Counted from the first letter of the stretch, positions 1 through 11,017 are shown. The stretch is DNA of 61,242 nt from Promethearchaeota archaeon (GCA_019057865.1 JAHLWP010000024.1:1-61242); one strand, 5' to 3'. The notes: generated by a model not told the origin, from the letters alone. Program-made: numbers and translations.

Positions 1-174
1 AGTTTCGGAGCGGGATACTATGATATGGTTCTGGTAAAATATGGTATTGCAGAACGACCTCCTTCTGACGAGCTTATAATGATCCTTATTATAGTTGTGT
101 CAATAGCGAGTGTAGTTGGTGTAGGTATTGCAATAACATACTTTATTAGGAAAAAACGGAAAATAGTAGAATAG
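1..174 (+). CDS. 3' end of a tandem paralog of the beta-propeller membrane-anchored protein (partial, runs off window)
   Basis: Positions 21-221 are identical to 1595-1795; encodes ...DMVLVKYGIAERPPSDELIMILII...RKKRKIVE-stop. Confidence 0.9.
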   Translation, partial: SFGAGYYDMVLVKYGIAERPPSDELIMILIIVVSIASVVGVGIAITYFIRKKRKIVE

Positions 175-389
175 TTAAATCTATATTTTTTACTTTAATT
201 TTTCTTTCTTATTTTTCTCTAAAGTATTAAAAAAAGAATTTAAAATCAGTATTTATTTTTCTTTTAACTGTTTCGCGATATTTTGGGCCTTGTCATTCTT
301 TAGATTTTTTCAATCTCCAAATTTATAAATAGAAGAATTGCTTAATATTTCTATAATCCAAAAATGTAAAAAAAGTTAAGGAAACGAAC

Positions 390-1748
390 ATGAAGACTGA
401 TAAAATCTATTTAGTAATATTTATGTTAATATTGTATTTTAGTTTCCTATTACAAGGAACTACTATTATCACTAACCTACAAGATAAGAAGGATAACAAG
501 AATGTTGTACTCCCTTTAATTGCGAATAAGGCACTTATATATGAATGGAATCGCACGTGGGGCGGATTAGGTGGTGATCTTGGCTTTGGAGTGGCGATGG
601 ATTCGTTAGATAATGTGTATCTTGCGGGGGTCACAGATAGTTTTGGAGCAGGAGGCGGTGATATGGTTCTGGTAAAATATGACGGAAACGGCGTGCAGCA
701 ATGGAATCAAACATGGGGCGGGATTGGTTTTGATTATGGTTATGGAGTGGTGGTGGATTCGTTAGATAATATGTACCTTGTTGGAGGTACAAGCAGTTTC
801 GGGGCGGGAAACAGTGATATGGTTCTGGTAAAATATGACGGAAACGGCGTGCAGCAATGGAATCACACATGGGGCGGAGGTGATGATGATTATGGTTATG
901 GAGTGGTGGTGGATTCGTTAGATAATGTGTACCTTGTTGGAGGTACAAGCAGTTTCGGAGCAGGAGGCGGTGATATGGTTCTGGTGAAGTATGATGGAAA
1001 CGGCATGCAGCAATGGAATCGTACATGGGGTGGGAGTGGTAATGATTATGGCAATGGAGTGGCGGTGGATTCGTTTGATAATGTGTTTGTTACGGGGACT
1101 ACATATAGTTTCGGAGCGGGAGGCGTTGATATGGTTCTGGTAAAATATGACGAAGACGGCGAGCAGCAATGGAATCGCACATGGGGTGGAGGTGATGGTG
1201 ATTATGGCTATGGAGTGGCGGTGGATTCGTTAGATAATGTGTATGTTGCAGGAGATACTTATAGTTTCGGAGCAGGAAACAGTGATATGGTTCTGGTGAA
1301 GTATGATGGAAACGGCATGCGGCAATGGAATCGCACATGGGGTGGAGCTTTTGGTGATATAGGTTATGGAGTGACGGTAGATTCGTCAGGTAAAGTGTAT
1401 CTTGCAGGAACCACAGGGAGTTTCGGAGCCGGATATGTAGATATGGTTCTGGTAAAATATGACGGAAACGGCGTGCAACAATGGAATTGTACGTGGGGCG
1501 GAGCTGATTATGATTTTGGTTATGGAGTGGCGGTAGATTCGTCAGATAATGTGTATCTTACGGGAACCACAGGGAGTTTCGGGGCCGGATACTTTGATAT
1601 GGTTCTGGTAAAATATGGTATTGCAGAACGACCTCCTTCTGACGAGCTTATAATGATCCTTATTATAGTTGTGTCAATAGCGAGTGTAGTTGGTGTAGGT
1701 ATTGCAATAACATACTTTATTAGGAAAAAACGGAAAATAGTAGAATAG
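390..1748 (+). CDS. SBBP-like repeat beta-propeller surface protein with N-terminal signal and C-terminal TM anchor
   Basis: About seven 50-aa repeats (WNRTWGG..D.GYGVAVDS.DNVYLAG.T.SFGAG..DMVLVKYD); hydrophobic N-terminus; C-terminal TM helix followed by RKKRK. Confidence 0.88.
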   Translation: MKTDKIYLVIFMLILYFSFLLQGTTIITNLQDKKDNKNVVLPLIANKALIYEWNRTWGGLGGDLGFGVAMDSLDNVYLAGVTDSFGAGGGDMVLVKYDGNGVQQWNQTWGGIGFDYGYGVVVDSLDNMYLVGGTSSFGAGNSDMVLVKYDGNGVQQWNHTWGGGDDDYGYGVVVDSLDNVYLVGGTSSFGAGGGDMVLVKYDGNGMQQWNRTWGGSGNDYGNGVAVDSFDNVFVTGTTYSFGAGGVDMVLVKYDEDGEQQWNRTWGGGDGDYGYGVAVDSLDNVYVAGDTYSFGAGNSDMVLVKYDGNGMRQWNRTWGGAFGDIGYGVTVDSSGKVYLAGTTGSFGAGYVDMVLVKYDGNGVQQWNCTWGGADYDFGYGVAVDSSDNVYLTGTTGSFGAGYFDMVLVKYGIAERPPSDELIMILIIVVSIASVVGVGIAITYFIRKKRKIVE

Positions 1749-1795
1749 TTAAATCTATATTTTTTACTTTAATTTTTCTTTCTTATTTTTCTCTA
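1595..1795 (+). repeat. 201-bp exact direct repeat of 21-221
   Basis: Direct comparison, offset 1574; includes stop codon and T-rich 3' flank. Confidence 0.9.
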
Positions 1796-1870
1796 GAGTA
1801 TGATCACTAATTTTTAGTTCATTAAAGATATCAGGGAAGTTGTCAAAAAGTTCAGTAATTCTTTGCTTCA

Positions 1871-2185
1871 ATGCATTCTTTTGAAGTGAGGGAAGTATGG
1901 GCTGTAAGAGGGATAACAAGTTTTCAAAAAAATCAATTCCTTTCTTTGATAAATTATAATGACATTTTATTCAAGTGGGGATTATTAGGGAGTCTTAAAA
2001 AATCAATCCCTTTAGAATTTCGTAGTTTTTATTTAGGTTCCAAGGGATGGTCTCTGAAAAGATTTGCAGAAGAAATTGGAGCATTTAAAATTATAGAAAA
2101 CGCCCGCTGGTATAAAAAAGACTTAATAAATGAAAGAGGACCTGAGATCCTAAAAAGTCTAAGAAAAGAATATAAAATCGAATAA
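1871..2185 (+). CDS. hypothetical protein, probably a 3' gene fragment
   Basis: ORF track; begins shortly after the end of the direct repeat; no recognised motif. Confidence 0.35.
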   Translation: MHSFEVREVWAVRGITSFQKNQFLSLINYNDILFKWGLLGSLKKSIPLEFRSFYLGSKGWSLKRFAEEIGAFKIIENARWYKKDLINERGPEILKSLRKEYKIE

Positions 2186-2819
2186 TTTTAAATAAGGGAG
2201 CAAGAAAGGATAAATTATGAGAATGGTCCTGAGTAGAAAGTCATTCGATTCAACTTAAGGTGGAAAATCAAATTTAATATCTCCAAATGGAAGTCTCTTA
2301 CCAGTAATGAAAGCAAATTAGCAAGTTATTAGAACATTATAAAATGTAAGAAGTAAGATATAACGTTATTTAATGTGTTCTTTCAAGAACATTTTAATCT
2401 CATTCATATACTCTTTTTTCTTTGAAGGATCTGCCCAAGTTCGAGAATCTAGAAACTCCTTTCCACCGTCTTGATGATTTATCCCGAATTCTAGAAAAGT
2501 AACTAATATACCGCTCTTGTCGCACCCGTTTTTCCACCGTTCCATAATTCAGTATAGAATGGTATTATCCATAAAATTTATTATTTTAAATTTCCAATAA
2601 GAAGAGTAAAAAGAAAAAATAAAGAAAAGGAAAGTATTTGGTGTTTTTTGATAGCAGCTCAAGAATAAAGTTGTTGCTCTTTGACGATCTTCGATTATAA
2701 TGAGTAAAACTATTTTTTCAAGATTTATATTTAAAGCATAACGCTATGAATTCCAAATCATTTTTTACATGCAATTTATTAAAAAAAGATTAATTGTTCA
2801 TTAATATTAATACATTCCA

Positions 2820-3431
2820 TTGATGGTGAAAAAAATTAGTGATATTCAAAACAATCTGGATTGGCTTTTTAAATCTAATAAAGATAAAAATGATTTTATA
2901 AATTATTTAAAGAAAAATTACCCAGACATAGCTAAAATCACTTCAGATTTAGTGGATAAATTAAAGCATTACAATATAAAAGGAATCCAAGAAAAATTTA
3001 GTGAAAATATGGGATTTAATGGGGATATCTCTCATGTTAATTTTTTATCCAAGATTAAAGAGTTAGAAGTGGGGCTTTTTCTTGCTGGAAAAGGTGAACG
3101 GGTGCAGTTTTTAGAAGGTCAAAACAGTCCAGATTTAATATCTGGGATTAGTTGTTATAATAGAATTTGGGAAGTGAAAACGATATATGACTCACAATTT
3201 ATCTCTAACCTTTTCATAAACGGTAATGAGATTATTAGAAGCTGGAATAAAAGAGTAGAAGTAAAAGTTGGACTAAGTTTAAGTCTTTCAGGATTCTTAC
3301 CAAGAAGGAATTATCATGGTTATCACAATAATCTGATACTGGAGAAGCAAAATCTATGCAAGTTATTACACAAGAACAGCAATTTATTCAAGAAACTAAG
3401 GGATATTGTCCTTATTGCGGAACTCCTGTAA
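2820..3431 (+). pseudogene. PD-(D/E)xK-like hypothetical protein, probably truncated or chimeric at the 3' end
   Basis: Motif SPDLI...IWEVKT; last ~35 codons overlap a different-frame zinc-ribbon fragment. Confidence 0.45.
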
Positions 3432-3478
3432 GTTCAAAAGAAGCTCTATTTTGTAAGTATTGTGGAACTAAATTATAA
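3332..3478 (+). pseudogene. C-terminal zinc-ribbon fragment of another gene
   Basis: Hand translation SDTGEAKSMQVITQEQQFIQETKGYCPYCGTPVSSKEALFCKYCGTKL-stop (two CxxCG). Confidence 0.6.
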
Positions 3479-3901
3479 TTTTTTTTATATAACTTTAATG
3501 TTGATTAAAAAAAAATTAAAAAATTATTGAAATATAAAAATACTAAATAATTCGTTAGTTTAAAAATAAATTTTTACTTTTTGAGAATTGCATTTACTTA
3601 GACAGTAACAATTTTCTTAATTTATTTGGTCAAATCTTTTATTTTCTAATTTTTTAAAATATTTTTTATAAATAATATTCAAATGGTTCTCTGTTGTTCT
3701 ATATATTTTTGGTAAATTTCCTTGATTCATTTCGGGTTTCCTTCCTTCCCTCTGCAAGGAGAAGAATACTTGCTCGTCTTGTATACTTTCTTCATTTTTA
3801 CACATTACAATAGTAGATCCTTTCTTGCTTTATAAATAAAAAATTTTTTCTAGAATTATCTGATTTAACTTAATAGAAAAATTTCAGAATTAGCTAAATA
3901 T

Positions 3902-4771
3902 TTGAAGGAATTTTCAATAAATCATCTTTTTTTCAAAAAATTTCTCGATATTTTAATTGATATTATAGATGTATTAGAAGAACGAAATGAAATTGTATAT
4001 CTTGGAGTTATTTTAGAAAGTTATAACCTAAATTCAATTGAAGACATTGACATTTTAAAAAAAATTCGTAGTAAAATAAGAATATATGTTGAGATGGGAA
4101 TTTATGATGAGATCAATCGAGTTTATTCAAATATTGATAGTATTATTCAAGGAAAAATAAATCAAAAAAGGGAAATGGATATTTTATTTAGAAAAAGTTT
4201 AAACCGTTTAAGTGTGATAACTAAACAAGATTTAGATCAAATACAATCATTTCTTAACACAGATTGGAAGCAAATAAAGAAAGATTATGGTGATGAGGAG
4301 TTAAATCAACAATTAAGACTTTTATTCCATTATTTAGGATTTGAAGTAATTCCCATAGAAATGATTATGCAAAATGAAAAATATAAGTCTTTAACTCAAT
4401 CCCCTCATCCAGATGTTATTTTATGCGATTTTTCATTAAATATAATCGTAATTATGGAAGAAGAGACTAAATTAGATAAGACAGTATTATATAAAAAAGA
4501 GGCTATAAAATTATTAATCGATGTATTTGCACCTTTGTTCTATGATAAAAATAATATCATATTTCAATACCTAGCAAGAACAATTAGTTCAGGCATAGAA
4601 AAATTAGACCAGCCACCAAATATCATCCCTCAAAAAGAATTCATGGCATTATTAAGTCAAATTTTTGGCGAGATACTCCTTGTCGAGAACATTTTTAAAA
4701 ATGATGAATTAAAAGAGAATTTAAAGTATTGTATTGACATAATTAAAGGAGATATAAGTTTACAATATTAA
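3902..4771 (+). CDS. hypothetical protein, possible PD-(D/E)xK nuclease-like fold
   Basis: 289-aa ORF; LFHYLGFEV...HPDVIL...IMEEETK pattern. Confidence 0.5.
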   Translation: MKEFSINHLFFKKFLDILIDIIDVLEERNEIVYLGVILESYNLNSIEDIDILKKIRSKIRIYVEMGIYDEINRVYSNIDSIIQGKINQKREMDILFRKSLNRLSVITKQDLDQIQSFLNTDWKQIKKDYGDEELNQQLRLLFHYLGFEVIPIEMIMQNEKYKSLTQSPHPDVILCDFSLNIIVIMEEETKLDKTVLYKKEAIKLLIDVFAPLFYDKNNIIFQYLARTISSGIEKLDQPPNIIPQKEFMALLSQIFGEILLVENIFKNDELKENLKYCIDIIKGDISLQY

Positions 4772-5151
4772 TTACCTCCTTTTATCTAATTAAATCAAAA
4801 TCTTCATTACATTGGGAGCATTCACTACTTCCCAATTTTTTTAGGGAACACTTTTTAAAAATATTCAAATGTATCTAATAAAACAGAAATTTTTAGGTAG
4901 ATACAAAATTTGTTGATAATTTTAGCTTTTAGTGTGAATTTATTTATTTTTAAAAAAAATTATTATAAGTATAAAAAATTATTATTTTAAGGGTGAGTAT
5001 TTAATATCAAATAGTCAAGAGTTCAACTTAGAAAAATTTATATTGGGATATTGTCATAAGGCAAGTAAAGGAACTGATAAAGGAATTTATTACTAACTAA
5101 TTTCATTTTCTTATAAAATAGATGGAAAGAAAAAGGATGTAAAATTTACAC

Positions 5152-6096
5152 TTGTTATTGGTGGAAAATCTACTAATGAAAGAAATAAATAATGATATTT
5201 ATATTATTAAACCTTATAAGCTTGGAGATATTGATTGTTCAGTATACTTAATTGACACTAAAGATATCGATGGATTAATTTCAATTGACCCAGGCTTGTA
5301 TATTGAACCAATTAAAAATATTAGACAATACGGTTTTAATCCTAAAAATATTAAACATTGCCTAATAACACATGGACATCTAGATCATTTCGGTGTTTGT
5401 TATAAACTTAAGAAAATCAATCCCGATATTAATTATTATATTCATAAGTTGGATGCCGAAAAGGTTGAGCAAATACCTTATGATGATAATATTGAGAATT
5501 ATTATAAGGGATTTGAGTACAAACCCGTCAAAATAACAAAAAAACTTCAGGTAGATAATGAAATTTTAAAATTCGGGGATTATGAAATCAAATGTATTCA
5601 TATTCCAGGGCATACCCCCGGATCAGTAGCCTATTATTTAGAAACTGATAATTCAAAAATCATCTTTGGTGGAGATATCTGTGGAGCTACCCTACAACTT
5701 AGTGGTGGAGATTTAACAAAATATATCAAATCAATGCAGAAACTCCTTGAATTAGATATAGATATACTCTGTGATGGACATCTAAATGTCATAAAACCTG
5801 CAGAAAAAGTTATAGAATTTATTCAAATATGTATAAAGATGAATAAATATCTTCATATTATTTTAGAGGAGGAGCCTAATAACATAAAAGTTTGGTATGA
5901 TTTAACATTATTAGAATATGAATTAGGTTTATATGACAATGCTTTAGATTTCTGTAATTATTTATTAGAAATTAATCCTAATAATTCTGAAGCTAAAGAG
6001 CTTCTTAAAAAGATCAAGAAGCATAATCCACCAAAATTCGAATTTGTCAAAAACTATATTAAAAAGTATTTTGGTAATCAAATAAACAGTAAATAA
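5152..6096 (+). CDS. MBL-fold metallo-hydrolase with C-terminal TPR
   Basis: THGHLDH, PGHTPGS and DGH motifs; TPR-like tail. True start is probably the MKEINN ATG. Confidence 0.9.
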   Translation: MLLVENLLMKEINNDIYIIKPYKLGDIDCSVYLIDTKDIDGLISIDPGLYIEPIKNIRQYGFNPKNIKHCLITHGHLDHFGVCYKLKKINPDINYYIHKLDAEKVEQIPYDDNIENYYKGFEYKPVKITKKLQVDNEILKFGDYEIKCIHIPGHTPGSVAYYLETDNSKIIFGGDICGATLQLSGGDLTKYIKSMQKLLELDIDILCDGHLNVIKPAEKVIEFIQICIKMNKYLHIILEEEPNNIKVWYDLTLLEYELGLYDNALDFCNYLLEINPNNSEAKELLKKIKKHNPPKFEFVKNYIKKYFGNQINSK

Positions 6097-6417
6097 AGAA
6101 AAATCAAATTTTTGTTTGTCTTTCAATTTTAAAAAAATTCTAATATTAATTCTTTATTCGTGAAACAGACATCCATTGAAAAAATTTGGGTGGATACAAA
6201 ATTCAGTGAAAAATGAACTATAGATAGCTTATTGAAATCTTAAATATTTTTACTTTTTTATTATTATTATTTTGCGAAAGCGAAAGTGAATTAAAAAAAA
6301 GCAGAACCTAAGTTAGTTATGCCAGCAATGTATGAAATTATTAAAGATAAATTTTCTGCTAATTAAGACTAACATTATAAAAAATAATCTATATAAAATT
6401 ATCATAACATAATAGAT

Positions 6418-7122
6418 CTACCTGAATGACCAATAATCGCTAAATTTTCCTTTCAAATTAGCTCGTATTGTATTATATAATCCACTTTCCGCTTCTTTTA
6501 AATTATATTGTTCTAGAATCATTATTGCATGTTTAAAATTTTTCCTTGCCTTTTTAAATCTTGCTTCTCCTACCCAATCATATGTACCAATTTTGTCTAT
6601 TCCTGTTGTTACATTTACACTTATCTTTTTTAAATAAACTAATCCCATCCTATGATAAATTCTTACTCTCTCAGCATGTAATCCTAATTTCTCGAATATT
6701 TTTTCTGCTTCTTTAAAATGCTGAATAGCTCTACTTTTTTTATCCAAAATTTCACTGATCTTACCCAATTTAAAAGTATTTTCAGCAAGTAGTTTTAAAA
6801 ACTTTTTTTTGGGTATTTCTTTGTTAGATCTATAATACGCGTCGTAAGCATCATTTAATAACCCTTGCTTAAAATTAAAGTCACCTAGTAATTTGTAAAA
6901 TTCATAAGGTGTTGGAAAATCAGAATATTTTTTACTAAATTCTATAGCTTCTTGAATATATTTTAAACCTAGTTCATAGGCTTCAATTTTATAGCATAAT
7001 TTCCCTAGATTTAGTAATATATGAAAAATCTCTGACGTATTCGCTGAATTTTTAGCCAATTCTAACTCTTTTTCATATTTTGATAATTCTTCAAGAGGAT
7101 TTTCAGTATTTGGATTACCCAT
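6418..7122 (-). CDS. tetratricopeptide repeat protein
   Basis: Repeated LG..Y......A...Y..A helical pattern. Confidence 0.8.
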   Translation of the reverse strand: MGNPNTENPLEELSKYEKELELAKNSANTSEIFHILLNLGKLCYKIEAYELGLKYIQEAIEFSKKYSDFPTPYEFYKLLGDFNFKQGLLNDAYDAYYRSNKEIPKKKFLKLLAENTFKLGKISEILDKKSRAIQHFKEAEKIFEKLGLHAERVRIYHRMGLVYLKKISVNVTTGIDKIGTYDWVGEARFKKARKNFKHAIMILEQYNLKEAESGLYNTIRANLKGKFSDYWSFR

Positions 7123-7355
7123 ATAAAAATCACTTTATGTATTAATATTTTTTTGATTTAATTTAATTTCTTGAGTTACTAAGTTATTCTTTTTATAAAA
7201 TTTTTTATTGTTTAGAAAGATGGGCCTCTCATTTTAATGAAAGTGATCCAAAAATGGGGGGACAGAAAAATTAATCAGCCTTAAAATCGAAATTTAAACC
7301 AATTGATGCAAATCTAGCACCTTATATATAGAATTCGTTTCGGAGTTCATTTTAT

Positions 7356-7835
7356 TCACCTTATATGCTCTCTTGTAATACTATTTGGTTTTTGAAGAAA
7401 TAATTTGGTATCATGGTTGTTAAATTTATCAATTACATTCTCCATTTTCGATTCTTCTACGACTGTCTCATAGTCAAGATAGGGATCAGGAAATTTTTTT
7501 GCTTCCATATCATAGATAGGAATGGAGACCCGTTTAGTTGAAGGGTGAGGGCTAAAGATCCGAAATACGCCTCTTCCCATGCTTGAAGTATCGAGTAAAA
7601 TCGACATGAGATTTCTCTCATCAAACACCGATATTTTAAAGAGCTGATAGGGATGATAAATTCTTAATTTTTTCTTGATACTAAGTGGGATCTCTATTTT
7701 TCCTTTATAGATGGTGTATAAGAGTAAGCTCTGAAGCAAGGATTTAGAAAATTTAAATTTATCTCGAAGGGTACTTTTATCATCTTTTTTCAGGGTGCTA
7801 GAACCTTCCGAAAATACGTTCTTTATTTGCTTCAA
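7356..7835 (-). pseudogene. hypothetical protein, likely 3' fragment
   Basis: ORF overlaps the end of 7798-8235 with no convincing start. Confidence 0.4.
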
Positions 7836-8235
7836 ACTCTTCTCTATCTATTCCTGTTTCTCTATAAAATAGTCCTAAAAAGAACATAATTTTATCGTGT
7901 AATGTGCTTTCTGTTATATGACTAAAAATTTTTCGTAATCCGCTTTTAACTACCTCTTTAGGTACTTTATCGATAAATTCATTAATTGTATCATTTCTTA
8001 TTGTTTCATTAGCAGGGTTAAATAAAATCTCAGGTATTTCTGTCTGATTAAACAATGGTGAGAAGATTTTATCTATATACCACCTAATGTCCTCTAAAAG
8101 ATCGGTCTGACGAAACTCCTTTTCTAGATGTTTATAACATTCTTTGCAAAATACACAATCTCCTAACTTTATTACTTTTTTAGGAGGATACTTTTTCTTA
8201 CAATTATCACAAATTTCTAATTTCTCTTGATTCAT
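7798..8235 (-). CDS. hypothetical protein with N-terminal zinc finger
   Basis: CDNC...FCKEC. Confidence 0.6.
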   Translation of the reverse strand: MNQEKLEICDNCKKKYPPKKVIKLGDCVFCKECYKHLEKEFRQTDLLEDIRWYIDKIFSPLFNQTEIPEILFNPANETIRNDTINEFIDKVPKEVVKSGLRKIFSHITESTLHDKIMFFLGLFYRETGIDREEFEANKERIFGRF

Positions 8236-8309
8236 AGATAATGTTTTATCTAGGTTTTTCTTTTATAAATAAAAAAAGTTTTCTAATAGCTAAATTTGTA
8301 GGATGTTAT

Positions 8310-8795
8310 TTAATTATTTATGAAATCATCTATTTTAATTTCTATCTGCTCTCTAAAGTGATTTTTATCATCCAGCATATACCCATGCTTTTGTATTTTA
8401 ATACCTTTTTTCCATTTTAACGCATTGTAAGGGATATAATACCCGTATTTATCCTTCACTTGTGATATTATATCATTTGCAGGAATTCTAAGAGATATTA
8501 GTTTTTCTCTTTTCTTTTTCTTGCTTAATTTTTGTTTACATATATCAGAAATGTACTGATTTATTTCTTTAATGCACGACCATTCTACATTTACATCCCG
8601 AAACCGTATTAACTTATACTTTTTGCCGGTAAACACCAATTCTAAGGAAGGGACAGAACCACAGATGACATTTCTCTGTTTCTTATAACGCATAATGCTT
8701 ATTAAGCATCCGAAATAACAATTAACATTGCTATCTGCCCATTCTTTAGTACCAAGCGTTATTTTTCGTGTTTTTATTGTCATAAATGTATCCAT
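8310..8795 (-). pseudogene. chimeric ORF: radical-SAM-like N-terminus joined to an unrelated sequence
   Basis: GTKEWADSNVNCYFGC resembles the run-up to a CxxxCxxC motif, but the motif is not completed. Confidence 0.45.
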
Positions 8796-9204
8796 TAATC
8801 TACATATATAAAAAAAAATTTTTTAAATAATTTGTAAGAGACTCATACTTTACTATTGCAAAAATATATTTTAGAGTTTATCAAAATAAGCAATATTTAG
8901 AAAATACCTCCTCTATATATTTAAAGGAAATTCTGGTTTTCCAGAATTAAGTACATAAGGGAGTAGCGTTATACCATTAAAAAGAAATGTTTTTTTGTAA
9001 AAATCTCATCCGTCCAGTTTGTTGCTCTTACTCAATATTTAAAAAATAATGTAAAAAATTTATATTGAGAACCTTATATATATAATATAGATAATATATA
9101 TTGATCTTACAGGTGTTTGTATTTTGAAAGACAAGGCACAACCAAAAATTATTGAGACCGAAATAAATAAAGACCAAGAGTGCTGTTCTGAGGATGATTA
9201 AAAA

Positions 9205-9360
9205 ATGAATAAAAGATGTGTCAAATGTGGTAAATATTTCACACCAGATAAACCTTATCAGAGAAGGTGCCCAAAATGTCAATCTGAATTTATGGAAACT
9301 CATTATCGAATGGGGGCATCCGTTAATGAGGGAGAATGGTTTAGGGGGTTGAGGAAATGA
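9205..9360 (+). CDS. small zinc-ribbon protein (51 aa), virus/plasmid-like
   Basis: Hand translation MNKRCVKCGKYFTPDKPYQRRCPKCQSEF...GLRK-stop; tightly packed with neighbouring small frames. Confidence 0.55.
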   Translation: MNKRCVKCGKYFTPDKPYQRRCPKCQSEFMETHYRMGASVNEGEWFRGLRK

Positions 9361-9718
9361 AAGAATCTTTATGTTGGTGTAGAATTATACTATGATAATG
9401 AACAATTATCTCCTGATAGATGTGTCTATGAGAGACGATTGTCAGATATTATAGAGGAGATGAAAGAATTACAAGAATTAGCTGTTAGATATGGCTTCGA
9501 TACAGAAGAAATTGAGGCTATATATGGTTGTTTTGAGACATAAACAACCCAAAAATGATAGAAATGACATTGGGTGACGGCCAATGATTCATCAATATAC
9601 GCAAAATACATCGTAAAACCAACTTAATATCTTCATAATAATAAATTTCAATTAATAAGTTAAAAATAAGTTTTTTAAGACTTTTTTTTTAGAAAAAACG
9701 AGGTCTAAAAAAAATTAA

Positions 9719-11017
9719 TTAATCCCATGTAGCTTTCTTTACTGTATCATCATCATCTTCGCTATGTATTCGCTTTAAATTGATGTCTTGGTAACCTGGG
9801 AGAACACTTAACATTCTTCTCATTGCAAATTCAACGTCCTTCGCGGACGCGATCCAGCGACCTACTATTAAAATATCTGCTCCTTGTTCTAAGGCAGAAG
9901 CAGCAGTACTAGGTTCGATACCTCCAGCAACAGCGACTAACACCCTATCCCTTCCTGAGAGTTTCTTTTGATCAGCATATAATTCTTTAATTTTCGGAAT
10001 CAAGGCCCATCTTTGTTGTTGTTTGGCATCAGGAGATTGATCTCCTTCTGTAGATTGCTCAACATCAATTGCTCTATGAATTATTACAACATCTGGGGTT
10101 TGCATTAAAGAACTTAATTTCTCAATGGGATTTGTAACTTCCATTGTATCAACAAATGCATGAATACCAAGTCGTTGGGCCTCTAAAATAAATTTATCGA
10201 GTGAAGCAGTAGAAGCTAAACCACTTGCTACAACAGCGTCTGCCGTTGCATCAAACGCAAAATCAACCTCTAATTTTCCAACATCTAAAGTCTTTAAATC
10301 AGCAACAATAAACTTGTCTTTCGCAAGTTCCCGAATCTTCTTAATTGATTCAACTCCATATTTCTTGAGAAATGGTGTACCAACTTCAAGTAAAATTCTA
10401 TCACTTTTAGGTAAATCTTTAACAACTTTCATTTGTTTTTCTAAGGCTGGATGATCTAATGCTACCTGAATATAAGGAGGACGCCATAGCCTGGGAACTC
10501 TAATTCCTGCAACAGGGTGTTTAGCTCGATCTTTATCATAAAATATCTTCTCTATTGGAGGATATCCTCTTATGGCTCTCTGAATTGCTAATTTTGTAGC
10601 GCCATAATTATACTGATAGATTTTTCTATAATCCGTAGCTTCAGGATGTATATATACGGTTGCTATTATCAACCAATCATCTATTTTATTCATTGGAATA
10701 ATTCCTTCTTCAACGGCATCAGCTATCCCTTTAGCAACAGCAGCTTGAGCAGGTCCAAAGATTTTGCTTGCGTCCTCCATTTTCGCAACAGTAACTTTAG
10801 GAACGATAATTGCGTATGGACGAGTCAAGAGATTTGGTCTGATTCCAGCTAGTAACCCCCCATGCCCTTTTGATGGTGATCCTATCGCATTCGCGAATGA
10901 GACACCTATAGGCCCATTCTTAGAACCTATTACTAAATCAATGTGTGCTAAATTAGCCCCTTCTCCAACAAGGGCCTCGCCAACATAGTACTCAACAGCT
11001 TTAGGCATAAATTTCAC
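9719..11017 (-). CDS. fae-hps: bifunctional formaldehyde-activating enzyme / 3-hexulose-6-phosphate synthase
   Basis: N-terminal GEALVGEGANLAHIDL...FGPAQAAVA (Fae); C-terminal QVALD, EVGTP, ADLKTLD, AVAGGI (Hps). Confidence 0.93.
   Translation of the reverse strand: MKFMPKAVEYYVGEALVGEGANLAHIDLVIGSKNGPIGVSFANAIGSPSKGHGGLLAGIRPNLLTRPYAIIVPKVTVAKMEDASKIFGPAQAAVAKGIADAVEEGIIPMNKIDDWLIIATVYIHPEATDYRKIYQYNYGATKLAIQRAIRGYPPIEKIFYDKDRAKHPVAGIRVPRLWRPPYIQVALDHPALEKQMKVVKDLPKSDRILLEVGTPFLKKYGVESIKKIRELAKDKFIVADLKTLDVGKLEVDFAFDATADAVVASGLASTASLDKFILEAQRLGIHAFVDTMEVTNPIEKLSSLMQTPDVVIIHRAIDVEQSTEGDQSPDAKQQQRWALIPKIKELYADQKKLSGRDRVLVAVAGGIEPSTAASALEQGADILIVGRWIASAKDVEFAMRRMLSVLPGYQDINLKRIHSEDDDDTVKKATWD

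Noticed and set aside
407-1338. Four minus-strand ORFs over the beta-propeller gene
   Set aside because: Shadow frames of a repetitive coding sequence.
540-1620. CRISPR array or DGR template/variable repeat
   Set aside because: Repeats are in-frame 150-bp protein blades without unique spacers; no reverse transcriptase in the window and no evident adenine-specific variation.
9358-9360. Genome-wide TGA recoding (in-frame TGA here, in hicA and in the GTPase)
   Set aside because: TGA terminates intact genes such as asnS, Trp is encoded by TGG, and each case has a simpler separate explanation.
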